Positions 25,390 through 39,382 of a DNA stretch of 64,000 bases are shown in pieces. Position numbers and translations under genes: made by a program. Position 1 is the first letter of the stretch. Each line of letters starts with the position of its first letter. This DNA is from Carcharhinus amblyrhynchos (Eukaryota). The stretch lies in the NCBI GenBank assembly GCA_965287045.1, contig OZ336892.1, positions 38,068,001 through 38,132,000 of the forward strand, read 5' to 3'. The notes beneath the pieces were generated by a model, which ran no database searches, was not told the origin of the DNA, and saw only the letters and a program-made list of their open reading frames with translations.

Positions 25390-26420
25390 ACGTTCAACAT
25401 AGAAAAACATCCCAAAGTGCTTCACAGTGCAAACAGATACAAAATAAATGCCAATCCAAAAGGAGATACGTTAGGAAGGGTGGCCAAAAGTTTCGTGAAG
25501 AGGATAAGGTTTTAATAAAGACCCAAAGAAGCTGAGGGAGAAAGATTTGAAGGAATCTAAGGACAAAATTCCAGAGGGAATTGGGTTGAAGGGCTGCCAA
25601 TGATGGGAAAGACTGAGGGAAAATGGCAATCCTCGCAAGGAAGGGGAGTGGGTTTTCAGGGCTGGAGATGGGGTAAGGCAGCAAAGGGGTGTACAAATTA
25701 AGGATAAGAATTTCAAACTGGAGACCGGGAATTGGAAGCCAATATCGGAGAGCGAGCACCAGAGTCCTTGATAAGAGGGACATGACGTCAGATGGCTTCC
25801 AGTCAGCCGAGTTTATTTGTACAGAAGAGGACGGAAGGGCAGCCAGAAGAGCATTAGAATAATCCAGTCTGGAGGTGACAAACGTTTGGACAAGAGCTTT
25901 AGCAGACGTAATGAAGCTTCTTAAGAAGGACATGATGTAGGGACAGAGCCAAGTGAAGTTAATATTTATGAAGGTCTCAGAGCTTTCCTCAGCATTGACT
26001 ACAATCTGATTCAACGTGAATCGGCAGTCAGGAATGGATCTGAAAACAAATGACAAAAAACATCTTCAAAAGTTTAACTGGAGGAAACAGTGATGGATAT
26101 CAGAAAAGCAGTTTCCCAACTCCGACATTCGATAGGACCAAGAGCTGCCTGCTGTCAGCCCACCCGATGGAGGACAAAAGGAGCAGCCTTGTGGATGAGG
26201 AAAAGGAGGGCAGATAGATCCTGGGGCAAATTCCAGAGGTAACAGCACACATGGTGCGAAGAGGAACAATAGCTGGAGATGTTCAATTTGCAATTGGGCA
26301 GGTCAAAAGTGGAATCTTGCAAAGATCATCACTGCACTGGACACCAGAGGAGAACATTTGAAAAACATAGTACAGTTAACCATATCCATGGCTGTAAGAC
26401 ATGTCAAGAACAGGATGCAG
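25390..26420 (-). mobile_element. Decayed L2-type LINE
   Basis: AKALVQTFVTSRLDYSNALLAALP is a typical L2 ORF2 C-terminal motif. Confidence 0.75.
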
Positions 26421-26563
26421 AAAGTACACCATGGAGTCAGTCTCATTCTTTGACTGGATTCATTGTGTCATTGTTAAGTGGCAACAGCTGGCTATATCAA
26501 ATCAACTGGTTCCCTTGATTCTAAGGTACAGATCCATGAAAGAACGATAAACAGACAGCCTAC

Positions 26564-26636
26564 CTCTACTTTAATACTCGCCATTTCCTCCTTCAGTGAT
26601 GCAATCTCCCTGTAGAGTTGTTCAATCAATTTATCC
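26564..26636 (-). CDS. HIP1: HIP1 coding exon (about exon 13), start of coiled coil
   Basis: 73 nt, ccag|G GAT...GAG|gtaggc. Translates DKLIEQLYREIASLKEEMASIKVE. Confidence 0.93.
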
Positions 26637-26756
26637 CTGGAAGCAAAAAAAAGTTCAAGTACATAACAATGTTATAGCATTAACAACAAAATTTATTGTG
26701 GACTCAGATACTAATTAGAAAGCCAGCTGATGAACTTTAGCAAAAGTAATCAGGTG

Positions 26757-27270
26757 CCAGAGTGCAGAGGAGGTTCACAAGAATGATCCCTGGAATGAAA
26801 AGCTTGTCGTATGAGGAATGGTTGAAGACTCTGGGTCTGTACTCGTTGGAGTTTAGAAGGGTGAGGGGGGATCTTATTGAGACTTGCAGGATACTGAGAG
26901 GCCTGGATAGAGTGGACATGGAGAGCATGTTTCCACTAGTAGGGAAAGATGGAACCAGAGGGTATAACCTCAGGCTAAAGGGACAATCCTTTAAAACAGA
27001 GATGAGATGGGATTTCTTCAGCTAGAGAGTGGTGAATCTATGCAACTCTTTGCCACAGAAGACTGTGGAGGTCAGTCATTGAGTGTCTTCAAGACAGGGA
27101 TAGATAGATTCTTGATTAATAAGGAGATCATGGGTTTATGGGGAAAAGGCAGGAGAATTTGGGGGGGGGAGAGAGGCGGTGAAATGAGAAAAATATCAGT
27201 CATGATTAAATGGCAGAGTAGACTCCACGGGCCGAGTGGCCTAATTCTGCCCCTATGTCTTATGGTTTTA
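26757..27270 (+). mobile_element. CR1 LINE 3' end
   Basis: VQRRFTRMIPGMKSLSYEEWLKTLGLYSLEFRRVRGDLIET, ending in a tatgtcttatggtttt tail. Confidence 0.9.
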
Positions 27271-29698
27271 TTGACAGTCTCCACCTCGGGTGGAATTATT
27301 TGGTATAGATTGGGATTTGAACCTTATCTGTCTCACAGTGCAGAGCACTCACCTGGTGTTGATCCTGGGAGTACTGTAGATAAGATTTCAACTAACCTTA
27401 ATGTTTCTGTACTGAGCTTAAACATAAAAGTAAAACAAATTGCACACAGAAGATTCCAGTTGTTGAAAATGTGCAGGTTGCAGGTCTCTGATTTAAAGAG
27501 GTGATTCACCATTATGATATGAAACTTCTACAAAGGAAACTTATTCCACCGGCCAATGGCATACTGAACAAAACAGAATTGAGAATGCCTTAATCCAGGT
27601 GTTCTGCATCTGAAATTCAGAGTCAGGAAACAAAGCATATTTTGCCAAATGACAAAAGGTAAAATATTGTGGATGTTGGAAATCTGAAATAAAGCAGAGG
27701 TTACAAACTCTTAAGACCAGGTCTTCTTACATACATGCTACATTCTGACCAATGAAGAAATACAGAGTAGTGAAGATTCCATAAAACTGAGGAACAAAGA
27801 ACGAACTATGATTTTAAAAAAGGTGAGTCACAGTAGGTGCTGGTTAGAGGGGCGGAGAGGGCGATTTGGTGGTATTAAAGAAAAAGCAGTTTGGAAGATG
27901 GAGGGCAGAAATTTTATACACTGAATGATCTTCAAACATTAACACAATATAAAATTGAGACAATGGACTGACGATATACCAGGTAGTTTAGTGAGCCAAT
28001 TCGGGCAGTTCATTCGACATACTCCTGTTTGCACCAGGTTAAAACTATAGTGATAGGACAGAGGAAAAACACTAGCAACACAGAGAAAAAGAAATAATGG
28101 AGTCAATGTCCATTGTAATCATGAGCATTTATTTGGTTGTGTTACTGTACCTAATTTGGGATTGGCTATAGTGATCACAATCTTTTCCAGTCTTGCTCCG
28201 CACCCACAATTTAATGAGTTCCTGGCTGCTTGCATGCAGTAATAGCTTTATTACTCCTGGCTATTCAATCCAGTACCTTTCTAGAATCTAGCAGACACTG
28301 AACCCTTCACTCATGGAAACAAGATTAACAAAATAAGATCAGTAACGATCAGCGTAATAACAATGGGAAATATTTCAGGTTACTGGTGAAATTTTCTGTC
28401 CTGAAATATTTTTCCACCCCATTTCATGATCACCATGAACAACAAGAATACAGCAAAACGGTGCAAATCAACATTAAAATCTACCAGAAATGAACAACCA
28501 GTTCAATGATAAACACAACCCCACTGTGTTAAAGGGCTGGTTGATGCAATGAATCTTTGGGATGACTTCCCTATTCTCTCACTAATCAATGGAAGGTCTG
28601 ATCCAAAGTTAAAAACAACAATGAGTATTGATTCAAGCCTGGAGGGATTCTGGGTATCATGTTCTATTCGCTCCTTAAATTCATGGAGGTCACTGCATTA
28701 GCGCACAGACTGATCATTAGTGACGAACTCCAGCATCACTTCTGTTGTTAAATGCACATTCTGTCATCATGACTGAGCACCAAGAAGAAATCATCTCTAC
28801 TGGAGCCAGGGTTCAGATAGCAGAGGTTCATTCAACCACGTTTAGGGATTTGATATTGACCCATGGAAGCAAAATAGAAGAAAAGCAGATGCGGTAACTT
28901 TCACCCCTTAAGATACCTTTGACCTGATTTGAGAACTTATTGATTTGGATTGAACTAGTGCTATCGATTGCCAGAATTATACTGACAGGCTTCCCAAGTC
29001 TTTGCTCCAATTTCTACTGGAGAACTATCTATTGAACACTTGACTGGATGCAGGTTGGTGAGATATTGTTCAGTGAAGAGAATAACCACATGAATTTCAC
29101 CTAAAAAAGGAGGTTACATTCAAACCGAGGTATTCTTCCACCTGCACAGGTTGGTAGCAGATCAACTGTTCCTCAGATTCGTTTTGTTTATGATATGAGA
29201 ATTAAATACCTTTAGGATAAAGCCTAGAATTCATTCTGCAACACTGGGTGGAATGTTCTCATTTTTTGTCAAAGTGTGAACTCAGGCAGGGAAAGTAGAG
29301 TATAGCCTGCCAGCTTTTCCAACCGTATTTGTAAACACTTGGAAAAAAGAGTGGGGGCGTGAGGGCCTGCTAAATACACTAAAATGTATCCAAATGGGGT
29401 TCCCGTCATTGATAGCCGAAACTCCTTTATGTCATTGGTTGAGGGAAGAGTAGGGACAAATCAAGTGGAGAAATCCCCTCAGCCTAAAAGCCTTTCAGAA
29501 TCCCACCTTGATCCTTCGCCCCTCCACCATTCCAGTCCACCATAAGCAGGGATGGAAATTTCACTTGCACTCTGCATGATCAGGAAGACTCACTGTCTGA
29601 GGCTTGCACACCACTACTCGGGAAACACATGGGGGCTACATTATCATCAATTATTAAACAACAAAGTCCAAGATTTTCATGACATCCATATTCCTTAC

Positions 29699-29796
29699 CT
29701 TTCATCCTTAGACATTCCATTCTGGCTGTTAAAATTGAATGGGTCAGTAGGACCAGGACTTCCAAAGAGGTCATCAAATTTATTATCAAATAAATT
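29699..29796 (-). CDS. HIP1: HIP1 coding exon (about exon 12), AP2-binding FxDxF and DPF motifs
   Basis: 98 nt, acag|AAT...AG|gtaagg. Translates NLFDNKFDDLFGSPGPTDPFNFNSQNGMSKDE(R). Confidence 0.96.
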
Positions 29797-30379
29797 CTGT
29801 AAGGAAGAGGGTTAAACGTGATTAAAAGTAACCATGGCTAGTATATAGTGTGCAAGATTTCAGTCTGTGTGCAGTTCACAGGTGCAAAGCCACCTCATCT
29901 CTCCAACCACTACAAGCACACAGGACACGCCTAAGAATGGGAGGAAGGTATTTAAGTTTTCAGCCGCTGAGTGATTTAGAATCTGAAAACTTGAGTACCA
30001 TGTTGTTAATTCTAGGAGAGAAAAGGAAATGACATTGGGAAGTTGGGGTAAGGATAACAAAGGAAATTATTTCCTCCACTTTTTGGTAAGGCCGCTGACT
30101 CATCCTGGAGCACAGTCAAGGCTCCAGTCACCCAACCAAGTAATCATTCTCTTATTTAAGCCCTAATGTCAGTAATTGTACTCAATTTTGAGGGTACCAG
30201 AGTTGCGCCTAATCACATGTATTCATATACATACTTTCTAAAAGGGTCATCATTGGAGAGGGAATGCTAGCTGTATCTGTGGCCAGGATTTTACAGCCCC
30301 ACTGCAGTGCATCTTCCACCAGCAGATGCGATGATCCATTTAAATTGCAATTTATTTCAGTGAGACAGTAATATAGCAC

Positions 30380-31050
30380 TGTGCAGGAGGGGCCATAATG
30401 GTCAATGTCTGCCAACATGCAGAGGATTACCACAGACCAGAAACTGAACCAGGACACAAGGGCAGGTCATAGGCTGGAATTCCTTGGCAAATATCTCACC
30501 TCCCAACTCCCCAAAGCCCGTTCACCATCTACAAGGCACAAGTCAGGAGTGCGATGGAATATTCTCCACTTGCCTGGTTCAGTGCAGCTCTAACACTCAA
30601 GAAATTCAATACCATCCAGGCCAAAGCTGCCTGCTTGACTGGCATCCAATCCACCACTTAAACATTCAATCCCTCCATCACCAATACACAGTGGCGGCAA
30701 CGTGTGCTATCTACAAGATGCATTAACAGCAACTCACCAAGACTCCTTCAACAGCATCTTCCAAACCCACATTCTCTACCACCTTAAAAAGGACAAGGGC
30801 AGCAGACAGATGGAAATATCACCAGCTGCAAATTCCCCTCCAAACCATTCCATCTTAGAAATTAATTGCCGTTCCTTCACTGTTGCTGGGTCAAAATCCT
30901 GGAACTTCCTCCCTAATAGCACTGTGTAAGTACCCACACCACTTAGACTACAGCAGTTCAAGGTGGCGGCTCATCCCCACCTTCTCAAGGTCAGTTAGGG
31001 ATGGGTAATAGCTGAATAAACGTTAGATTGGCCAGCGTCATTACATTCCC
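30380..31050 (+). mobile_element. CR1-clade LINE 3' part (second family)
   Basis: accatctacaaggcacaagtcaggagtgcgatggaatattctccacttgcctgg. Related copies lie at about 36556-37060 (-), 44455-46340 (+) and 50040-50490 (+). Confidence 0.65.
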
Positions 31051-31329
31051 AGGAATTGAACCAAGACAGTCACAGCCTGTCTGTAGGGCACACTGCACAA
31101 GCCAGCTGAGTCCCTTTTCCCGAAGGCAATATATAGTTTGCCCTGAAAGTGACAGAAAATCCAGATAAGAGAAAATGCTGAAAATACTCAGCAGGTCAGT
31201 GTTCACAAATTGTCTACAAATGTCTACAAGATACACCAACAGCATCTCATCAATACTCCTTCGACTGCACCCTCCAAACCCACACTTTCTACCACCTCAA
31301 AAGGACAAGGGCAGCAGATAGATGGAAAT

Positions 31330-32900
31330 TACAAATATTGACCTTTCATCAGAACTAGAAGTTAGAGACATAATGGTTTCTTTAAAAAGTACAGAGGCAC
31401 GTAGGGGAAGAGAAGGATGGCAGTGTGGATAGAAAAAGAGGTTTGTGATATTATGGAAAGCAGGAGATTAAATGACATAAGGAGTGGTGGAAAGGGCAAA
31501 AAGGAGTTGTAATCAAACAAAGAAAAAAAGATAAGTCAAGAGGAGTAGTAAATATAACAATGGCAGAATCATTATGAATGATAGCTGTCCGAGCAGATGG
31601 GGGTAATGATTACAATCTGAAATTGCTGAGTGTAATGTTGAATCTACGAATTTATGGTGATGTCTATTCTAAGGAGCTATTTCTAAAGCTTATGTTGAGT
31701 TTCATCATAACAGTGCAGGAGGCTGTGGAGCCAAGTCAGAATGGGTAACGAATTAAAATGCTCTAAGTCATGCTCATAGACTGAATGGAGGTGAACCCAG
31801 AGGAATCACACAATGTGTGCTTAGATTCCCCAGTATAGGGAAACAGAAATAAAGTATACTAATTTGAAAAGCCCCAGAAAGACTGTTTGGGGTCCTGGAA
31901 GGTGCGAGGAAAAAAGGTTAAAAGGCCAGATGTTGTATATCTCCTGTACTTGTGAAAAAGGGAAAGACCATTGTGTGGAATTGACATGATGCTGGGGAAG
32001 GAATGGTCCCTCTGGAATGCTGAATATGATGCTAGTTTTATTTGGTTCAGGCTGGCGGGATTAAAGGGGAGAAGGGAACTCGATCATGTTTATAGGGAGG
32101 AGGGGGTGAGAGCAAAGATGTAGGAAATGGAAAAGGCACAGTGGAGGAAATCCTTAACTGAGAATAAAGGAAGATATAGCAGAAGCACTGTTATAAAAAG
32201 GTGGCATTGGCAGAACACAGATACGACAGAGAAGGAGAAACTGGGAATATGGAATAGAATCCTTGCAGGAAGCGGGGTGGGAAAAAGTATAGTCAAGGTA
32301 GCTGTGGGAATTATTGGAGCTTTCAGTAGATACTGGTCGATAAATCATCTGTAAAATGAAGACAAAGAAGTTGAGAAAAGGAAGAAAAGAATTTGAGGTG
32401 CATTATGTGAGAATGAATAGAAACTGGAAGCAAAATTAATGAAGTTTTTTAGTTCGGGACGACAGCAGGAAACAGCACAATAGTCATCAACATACAGGAA
32501 TAAAAGGCAAGGGGGAGGACCTGCGTTAGAACAAAGAATATTCCACATATCCCATAAAAAGGCAGGCATTGCTAAACCGATTTAGATTTCCAGAGCAATA
32601 CCTTTTATTTAGAGAAAGTAGTGGAGTTAAAGGAGTTGTTGTTGAAGGTGAAAATAAATTCAGCCAAGCAGAAGAGGCTAATGATGGATGGAGACTAATT
32701 GGACATGTGACCAAGGAATAAGGAGGATCTCAGGACAGCTTGATGGGGAATAGAGGAGTAGAAGGGCTGGACACGCCTGGTGAGAAAGAGAAAGTTAGGA
32801 TCAGGAAACCAGAAAATATCAAAGAAACTGAAGGGAATCAGAAGAGTCTCAGATGTCGAAGGGGAGAGGCTGGATAAGGAGAAAAAGAAGTCGAGCTCAG
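31330..32900 (-). mobile_element. Decayed Penelope-like element
   Basis: Remnants LFLYVDDY (RT YxDD) and HSYLDYTFSHPASCKDSIPYSQFLLLCRIC, with a terminal ctgatgaaaggtca hammerhead-like remnant. Confidence 0.75.
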
Positions 32901-35399
32901 AAGAACAATAACAATGATCATGCAAGAGAATGCTGACCTTCAACCTGGAGTGATCACTCCAACAACCTGCAGTTATATAACCCCTTTAACATAGTAAAAG
33001 ATTCCCCAAGACACTTCACAGGAACAGCAAATAAAGCTGAACACCACAGCAGACAAGATGATTCAAAGATAAATGATGTGAAGCTTTGTCAAAGAAGTTG
33101 ATTTTAGGAAGTCTCTCAATAGGGCTGAAAGAGTTAAAGGTGGAGAGGTTTAGGGGGAGATTGCCAAAGCTTAAGACTGAGATAGCTGAAGTTATGAAGG
33201 GAAGAGCAACCTTGCAGTTGAAGACAGATACCCTCTGAAGATGATAAACTTGGCTAGCAAACAAACATGTACATGAAAGGCCAAAATGCAGATTGTGGGA
33301 TTGCATGGTGGAAGTTGGCAGGCCAATCATGTGAGCACGTATGTGACAGTACAACAGCAAGGTGATCCACTTGGATTTCCCAATTATTATTTCAATTCTG
33401 GCATTACCAAATCTATCCACACAGTCTATGGTCAATCTGATAGCGGATTTGGAGAGCTGCTGGACAGACTGAATTTTTATTCAGAGGCCGTATCTACTCA
33501 TGATTTTTTTGCTTTTCACAGAAATGGAACTGTGGCAGCTACTCTCGTGAAATAAAGATGCAATCTTCTGCAGTCACGACTCAGCCACACAAGTTCCACA
33601 AAGCCCTCCTGGAGCAGCTCCATACAGAATACTAAAGATTCCAGACTGGGTCCAGATGAAAGCACAGCTCCCCTAATGGATGCAGCTAATAATCCTTCAA
33701 ACCTCTTTAGCAAAGCAATGCATAAAACTGTTCAGAGAGAAAGCAATTATCACTATGGTAACAATTCCACCTCTGTCACAACGTCTCTCCTATACATTAA
33801 TCCTCCCTACTGCATGATGATAAAAGATTCAAAAAGAAAAAAAAATGTTCACAATTTCACAAGTCTCTTTTCAACTGTCGGTTCTTTTCAACATTTACTA
33901 TACATTCTGTTGAAGAAAAAGGAAGGAAAACCTTTCCCTATTATAAGCTTTCCGTCTGTACTTCACTTATTTGCATTATAATCCAACTTCTGCAACAGTC
34001 CCCTTCCCTACATAAATCCTATATCTGTCCAAAGCCATCTCCTTCTCTGTTACAAGCCACAAACTATTGCATCCCCAGGCCAAAAACTTAATATTTAGTG
34101 AAACATGAGTATGACTCGGAATCAAACATTACTTTGCATTAGTTTGGTACCTTTAAAATGTTAAGCGATCATATCCAAATTCTAATTTATCTTGTATAAA
34201 ATACAAGAATGAAGGGTGTGTAGTTTTCACAATGAAATTAGTCACCTCATGACATTCCTTATGCTATGAAATATACATAATTATAGACATGAGTCAAAAG
34301 GCCAGTTTCAAGCTTGCCGTTGACAAGCTAACTGATCTTTTCTTTACACAACCCCCAGATTTACTTTGGTATCTGAGGGGAAAATAAATCAGCTCCCATT
34401 TAGGCTGGGGGGGGGTGACAGAGCAGAGGCGGGGTTGGAGGAGTTGGGGGAGGGGGGGGTAGAATTAAGGGTCCAAATTGGACACACCTTTACACTGTGA
34501 GGAGATCACTTTTCTTTCATTGTTGAAAGGTAGGCTACCAATACAGCATGGGTAAAATCTTAGTTGACAGCCGAGTTTACAGCTAACGGATCCCTGAGGC
34601 TTTCCATTTGTTTCATACATGCAGTAATTTGCATGAATAATCGCTTTGACCACAAGACAGCTCAGGTGCCCCCAGGAACCATCAGGCCATGAAATGTACA
34701 AGACCTTCCCCTCTTTTGGTAAACATTATAAATCACCAGGACTCTATGATTCTATGACTGCAATAATAACCCTGCAACTGATCTTATGTTAAGAAAAGTG
34801 ACTTGCAAATTAACCCCTGACAAGCTGATTGTCTAGAACAATGCATACGTTTTTGAAAAAGGAGGGTTCTATTTTAAAGCACTTGAGAAGCAGCTAAGGA
34901 AAAGGATTTGGAGATGAAATTATCAAATTCAGCACAGGTTCAGAAGGCAGTAAAGTGGTAAAAACCATTAAACCAGCATTTCCAAAAAAGAATCTTGGCC
35001 TCCATTTTTTCAAAGTGCACTGTATGTGATGATTCTGTTCTTGCCTAGACACATCTTTTGTTTCTCGACTTGCCCCCATCATATCCTTTTGCCTGGCACC
35101 ATTACACCTTCTGTTATTTAAATCACTCCTGCTTTTCACTCTATCAAACACCTTTTTTGTTCTTTCCTCCCTTACCATCTTTCCCCGTCTCTATATTTAC
35201 TTAAAATACATTGCATGTTTTTCAGCTCTGATCAAAAGGTCATTAACTCTGTTTCTCTCTTCACAAATACTGACTGACCTGCTGAGGATTTCCAGCATAC
35301 CATCTGTTTTTATATTATAAAAGTATCTGGATGTTAGCACTGAGCACCCGAAGAGCCAATTTACCCAATTACCTCTGAAGTAGATCAGTCAGAATAATT

Positions 35400-35945
35400 A
35401 ATGTTGACATTTTATAAATCAAATGAGAATAAGAAACAACAAGGGGCAAAAAAAAAAACATCGCTGGGGATGGTATACAGACCACCAAACTGTAGTGGTA
35501 ATGTTGGGAAAAGCATTTGACAGAAAATCAGAGATGCATGTGCTAAAGGAACATCTGTGATTATGGGTGACTTGAATTTGCAAATAGATGGGGAGAGTCA
35601 AATGAGTTACAATGCAACAGAGGAGGAATTTCTGGAGTGCATACAGGATGGCTTTCTGGAGCAATACACCGAGGGCCCAAAAAGGAAACAGGCCATCTTG
35701 GACTGGGTATTGAACAATGAGAAAGGATTAGTTGGTAATCTAGTTGAGAGAGAATCCTTGGGGATGAATGGCCATAAAGTGGTAGGATTCTTTGTCAAGG
35801 TGGACAATGATATGGTTGATTCTGTGATTAGCGTCCTGAATCTCAATAAAGCTAACTATGATGGCATGAGGCATGAATTGGCCATGCTGGACTGAGAAAA
35901 GATCCTGAAAGGAAAGACAGTGGACAGGCAACAGCAGGCATTTCA
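35400..35945 (+). mobile_element. CR1 endonuclease-domain fragment
   Basis: IMGDLNLQID...EEEFLECIQDGFLEQYTEGPKRKQAILDWVL. Confidence 0.85.
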
Positions 35946-36082
35946 AGCCATTCAAAGCAATCACCTAATCGGCCAAATGGACAAGTTACAAGAACATCTT
36001 AATGTGTGGTGAACAATGTCACGTTAACCACAGCAAAGCTTACACAGCTACACCAGTCCTCACAAAGCTCCACTTTCCATAC

Positions 36083-36226
36083 CTGCTGGGATGAGGAGTT
36101 CATCTCCACCAGGTCATCGGTTTCCACAACTGGCTCGCTGTCGGGAGAGGTGGACTCGACAGGGATGACCACAACAGGGCTGACATGCTCCGATAACGCC
36201 GAGGCTCGCAGGAAGTTAGGAGGATT
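36083..36226 (-). CDS. HIP1: HIP1 coding exon (about exon 11), end of ANTH plus clathrin-box region
   Basis: 144 nt, gcag|AAT...CAG|gtatgg. Translates NPPNFLRASALSEHVSPVVVIPVESTSPDSEPVVETDDLVEMNSSSQQ. Confidence 0.96.
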
Positions 36227-37069
36227 CTGCAAAGAAACAACTGATCGTTAACGATAAATTAGAACACGCTGAAAGTACATATTCAGTGCGAAAACATTTG
36301 AAAAGAGCGGGCAGGTTAAATAAAGCTTTGGGAACAAACCCATTAGTCTGCATGCAAAACATCAACTTTCTTCACTTTTTCAGGTAATTTGGAGGAGAAA
36401 ACACAGAAAGAATCATCATGTAAAGGTGCTATCAACACCACTGCAGAACTTCTAGATCAATGTGACTTCTAGGTCAGTATTTAACTGCAAATTGAAAGAG
36501 AGAAAATGGTGGTAAATTGCTGAATTTGATCGACTTCAAAGGTGATTTTTTTCCATTTGTTGATGGGATGTGGGTGCCTTGGTTGTGAGCTCCATTACTG
36601 AATGACTGTTATCCATCTGCTGTACCTACACCAACAATGCTGTCAGGAGGAGAGTTCAGAATTTTAATCCAGTGACAGTGAAGGAACAACGACAACTTTG
36701 AGTCAAGATGATGTGCAACCTGGAAGGAAGATTGCAAGTGGCGGTGTTCCAATGGGTCTGCTGTACATCTACCTCTTGGTAGCAGAGGATGCAGATTTGA
36801 AATGAGCAGTCAAAACAGCTGTGGTGAACTGCTGCAATGCATCTTGTAGATGGTACACACTGGCAGCAGAGGGAGCGGATATTTAAAGTGGTAAATGGGC
36901 TGCTTTCTCCCGAAAGAGATTCATGAGTGTAGCTGGAGATGCAGTTATTCAAACAAGTTGGGAGTAACCCATCAGTGTTCTGGAACGCACTTTGTCAATG
37001 GCGGACAGGTTTTGGGGAGTCAGGAGGCAAGTTGGTCACTGTAGAATTCCCAGCCTCCAACCTGCTGAA

Positions 37070-38415
37070 ACTTGTTAAATCTCCTGGACTTGGTGATCTA
37101 CATCCCAGAGTGCAAGGGGTACTGACGAGTGTTGGTCATCTCCCAAAATTCGATAGATTCTAGAACAGTCCCTGCAGTTTGGAAGGTAGCAAATGTAACC
37201 CCACTATTTAAGAAAGGTGGGAAAGTAGCAGGGAATCATAGAATAGAATTCCAACAGTGTAGACAGAGGCCATTTGACCCATCAAACCTGCACCGACAAC
37301 AATCCCATCCAGGCCCTATCCCCATAATCCTATGCATTTATCCTAGCTAGTCCCAGGTCACTAAGGGGCAATTTAGCATGACTAATTGAATTTCTACAAT
37401 GCAGAAGGAGGTCATTCAGCCCATCAAGCCTGCACCAATACAGTCTAACCCAGACCCTATCCCCATGAATTCACCTACAATACAGCATGGCCATCAATCT
37501 TTTGAGGATGTAATCAGCAGAATGGATAAGAGGGAACTTGTGGATAAGGTCTGGATTTTCAGAGGGTTTTCAATAAGGCCCCACACATGAAGTTTGGAAA
37601 CAAAATTAGAACAAATGGGATTAGAGGTAATATACTGGCATGGATAGAGAACTGGTTAATGGATAGAAAACAGAGAATGGGAATAAACAGATAATTCCCA
37701 GGTTGGCAGGCTGTGACGAGTGGGATACCAGAAGGATCAGTGCTTGGTCCCCAGCTATTCGCAATCTACATCAATGATTTGGATGTTCGGACCAAATATA
37801 ATATTTCCAAGTTGTTGATAACATAAACTAGGTAGGAATGAGAGTTGTGAAGAGGATGCAGAGACTTAAGAGGATTAAGTACAGGAGTAAAGGTGGCTTG
37901 CTGCAATCGTATCACATCCTGTGAGACCATATCTGGAGTATTACGTGAAGGTTTGATCTCTTCACCCAAGGAAGGAAGGATATATTTGCCATTTTGGTGT
38001 GCAACAAAGGTTTTAACCAGACTGATTCCTGGGATGGCATGAAGAGAGATTGAGGAAACTAGGCCTGTGTTTTCAAGAGCTTAGAAGAATGAAGGGCAAT
38101 CTCTCATTGAGACATATAAATTTCTGACAGGGCTCAATAATGTGAATGCAGGAAGGATGTCTCCTCTGACTGGTGTGTCGAGAATCATGGGACAATTCCA
38201 GAAAAAGGGGTGGGCCAGTTAGGGCTCAGATGAGGAGGAATTTCGTCACTAAGTGGATAACAAACCTTTGGAATTCTACCTCAGAGGACTATAGACGCTC
38301 AAGACAGAGATCAATAGATTTCTGGACATTAAAAGACATCAATGGATAGGCAGCAGTGCAGGAAAACGGGATTAGGGTAGAAGATTAGCCATGATCTAGT
38401 TGAATGGCAGAGCTC
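37070..38415 (+). mobile_element. CR1 RT region and 3' end, with two minus-strand SINE tails nested at about 37235-37495
   Basis: KSPGLGDLHPRV, VPAVWKVANVTPLFKKGG and [20 protein letters not shown]. Confidence 0.85.
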
Positions 38416-38825
38416 AAGGTCTCTTTGGCTTTGCTGCACAGTGGGAACTTTCTGCACTACATCAAACCCTGGGGAGTGTGCAACAGGTTATGTAAACAAA
38501 GGTCACTGCTCCATTATTACTAATGGCATCATGGCAGCACCAATACCAAGTTGGCACTACACTCAGCCCTGCCAATGTCACCTGCAGGGGTGAGAATAAT
38601 TGAAAAACAGGTGGCTGCATTTATTTAAGCTGTCAGATTCAACTCTCCACTGGCCTCAGGGTTAGGAAATGGAAGAAACAAAGCTGACAAGTGATGATCC
38701 ACCTTGCGCCTCGTTATTAAAACTTCCCTCGCATAACGAAAAGCAGCGCCTGGCAATTAGCTCTATACAGTAAGAAGTCTCACAACACCAGGTTGAAGTC
38801 CAACCAGTTTATTTGATAGTAAACC

Positions 38826-38861
38826 CACGAGCTTTCGGAGACAGTGTTCCCTCCTCAGGTG
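38826..38861 (-). ncRNA. Minimal type I hammerhead ribozyme motif in a Penelope-derived terminal repeat (38767-38865)
   Basis: Minus strand reads CAC CUGAGGA GGGAACACUGUCUCC GAAAGCUC GUG: core CUGANGA and GAAA, stem I CAC/GUG, palindromic AGCU stem III. Confidence 0.7.
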
Positions 38862-39086
38862 TGTGGAAGCCAATCAGTTCTATATACGTGGATCTTAGAA
38901 CCCAGGTGAAGTAAAGATTTTTTGGCCATTAACTTTTGGAATCCTCAAATTGGTTTCAATTTGATCACCAACAGCTCTTATCCTCTTGGACAATTGTTCT
39001 AGAATTTGGAGGTTCTCAGTGAACGCTGGAACCCTAAACTATGCATTGCCACCTCACGAGAGTGTCTCTTGTCAATCATTCGGCAC

Positions 39087-39382
39087 AGGGCAGCATGGTA
39101 GCACAGTGGTTAGCACTTCTGCTTCACAGCACCAGGGGCCTGGGTTCAATTCCTGGCTTGGGTCACTGTCTGTGTGGAGTTTGCACATTCTCACCACGTC
39201 TGCATGGGTTTCCTCCAGGTGCTCCAGTTTCCTCTCACAGTCCAAAGATGTGTGAGTTAGATGGATTGGCCATGCGAGGATAAATGTATGGGGTTGTGGG
39301 GATAAGGTCTAGGTGGGACTGTGGTTGGTTCAGGCTCGATGGGCTGAATGCCTCCTTCTGCACTGTAGGATTCTATGATTCT
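39087..39382 (+). mobile_element. HE1-type SINE with CR1/HER1-derived tail
   Basis: gggcagcatggtagcacagtggttagcac...gggttcaattcc, ending ctgcactgtaggattctatgattct. Confidence 0.85.

Noticed and set aside
39087-39160. tRNA genes (also at 11372, 19250 and 42714)
   Set aside because: These tRNA-like A/B-box heads continue directly into SINE bodies.
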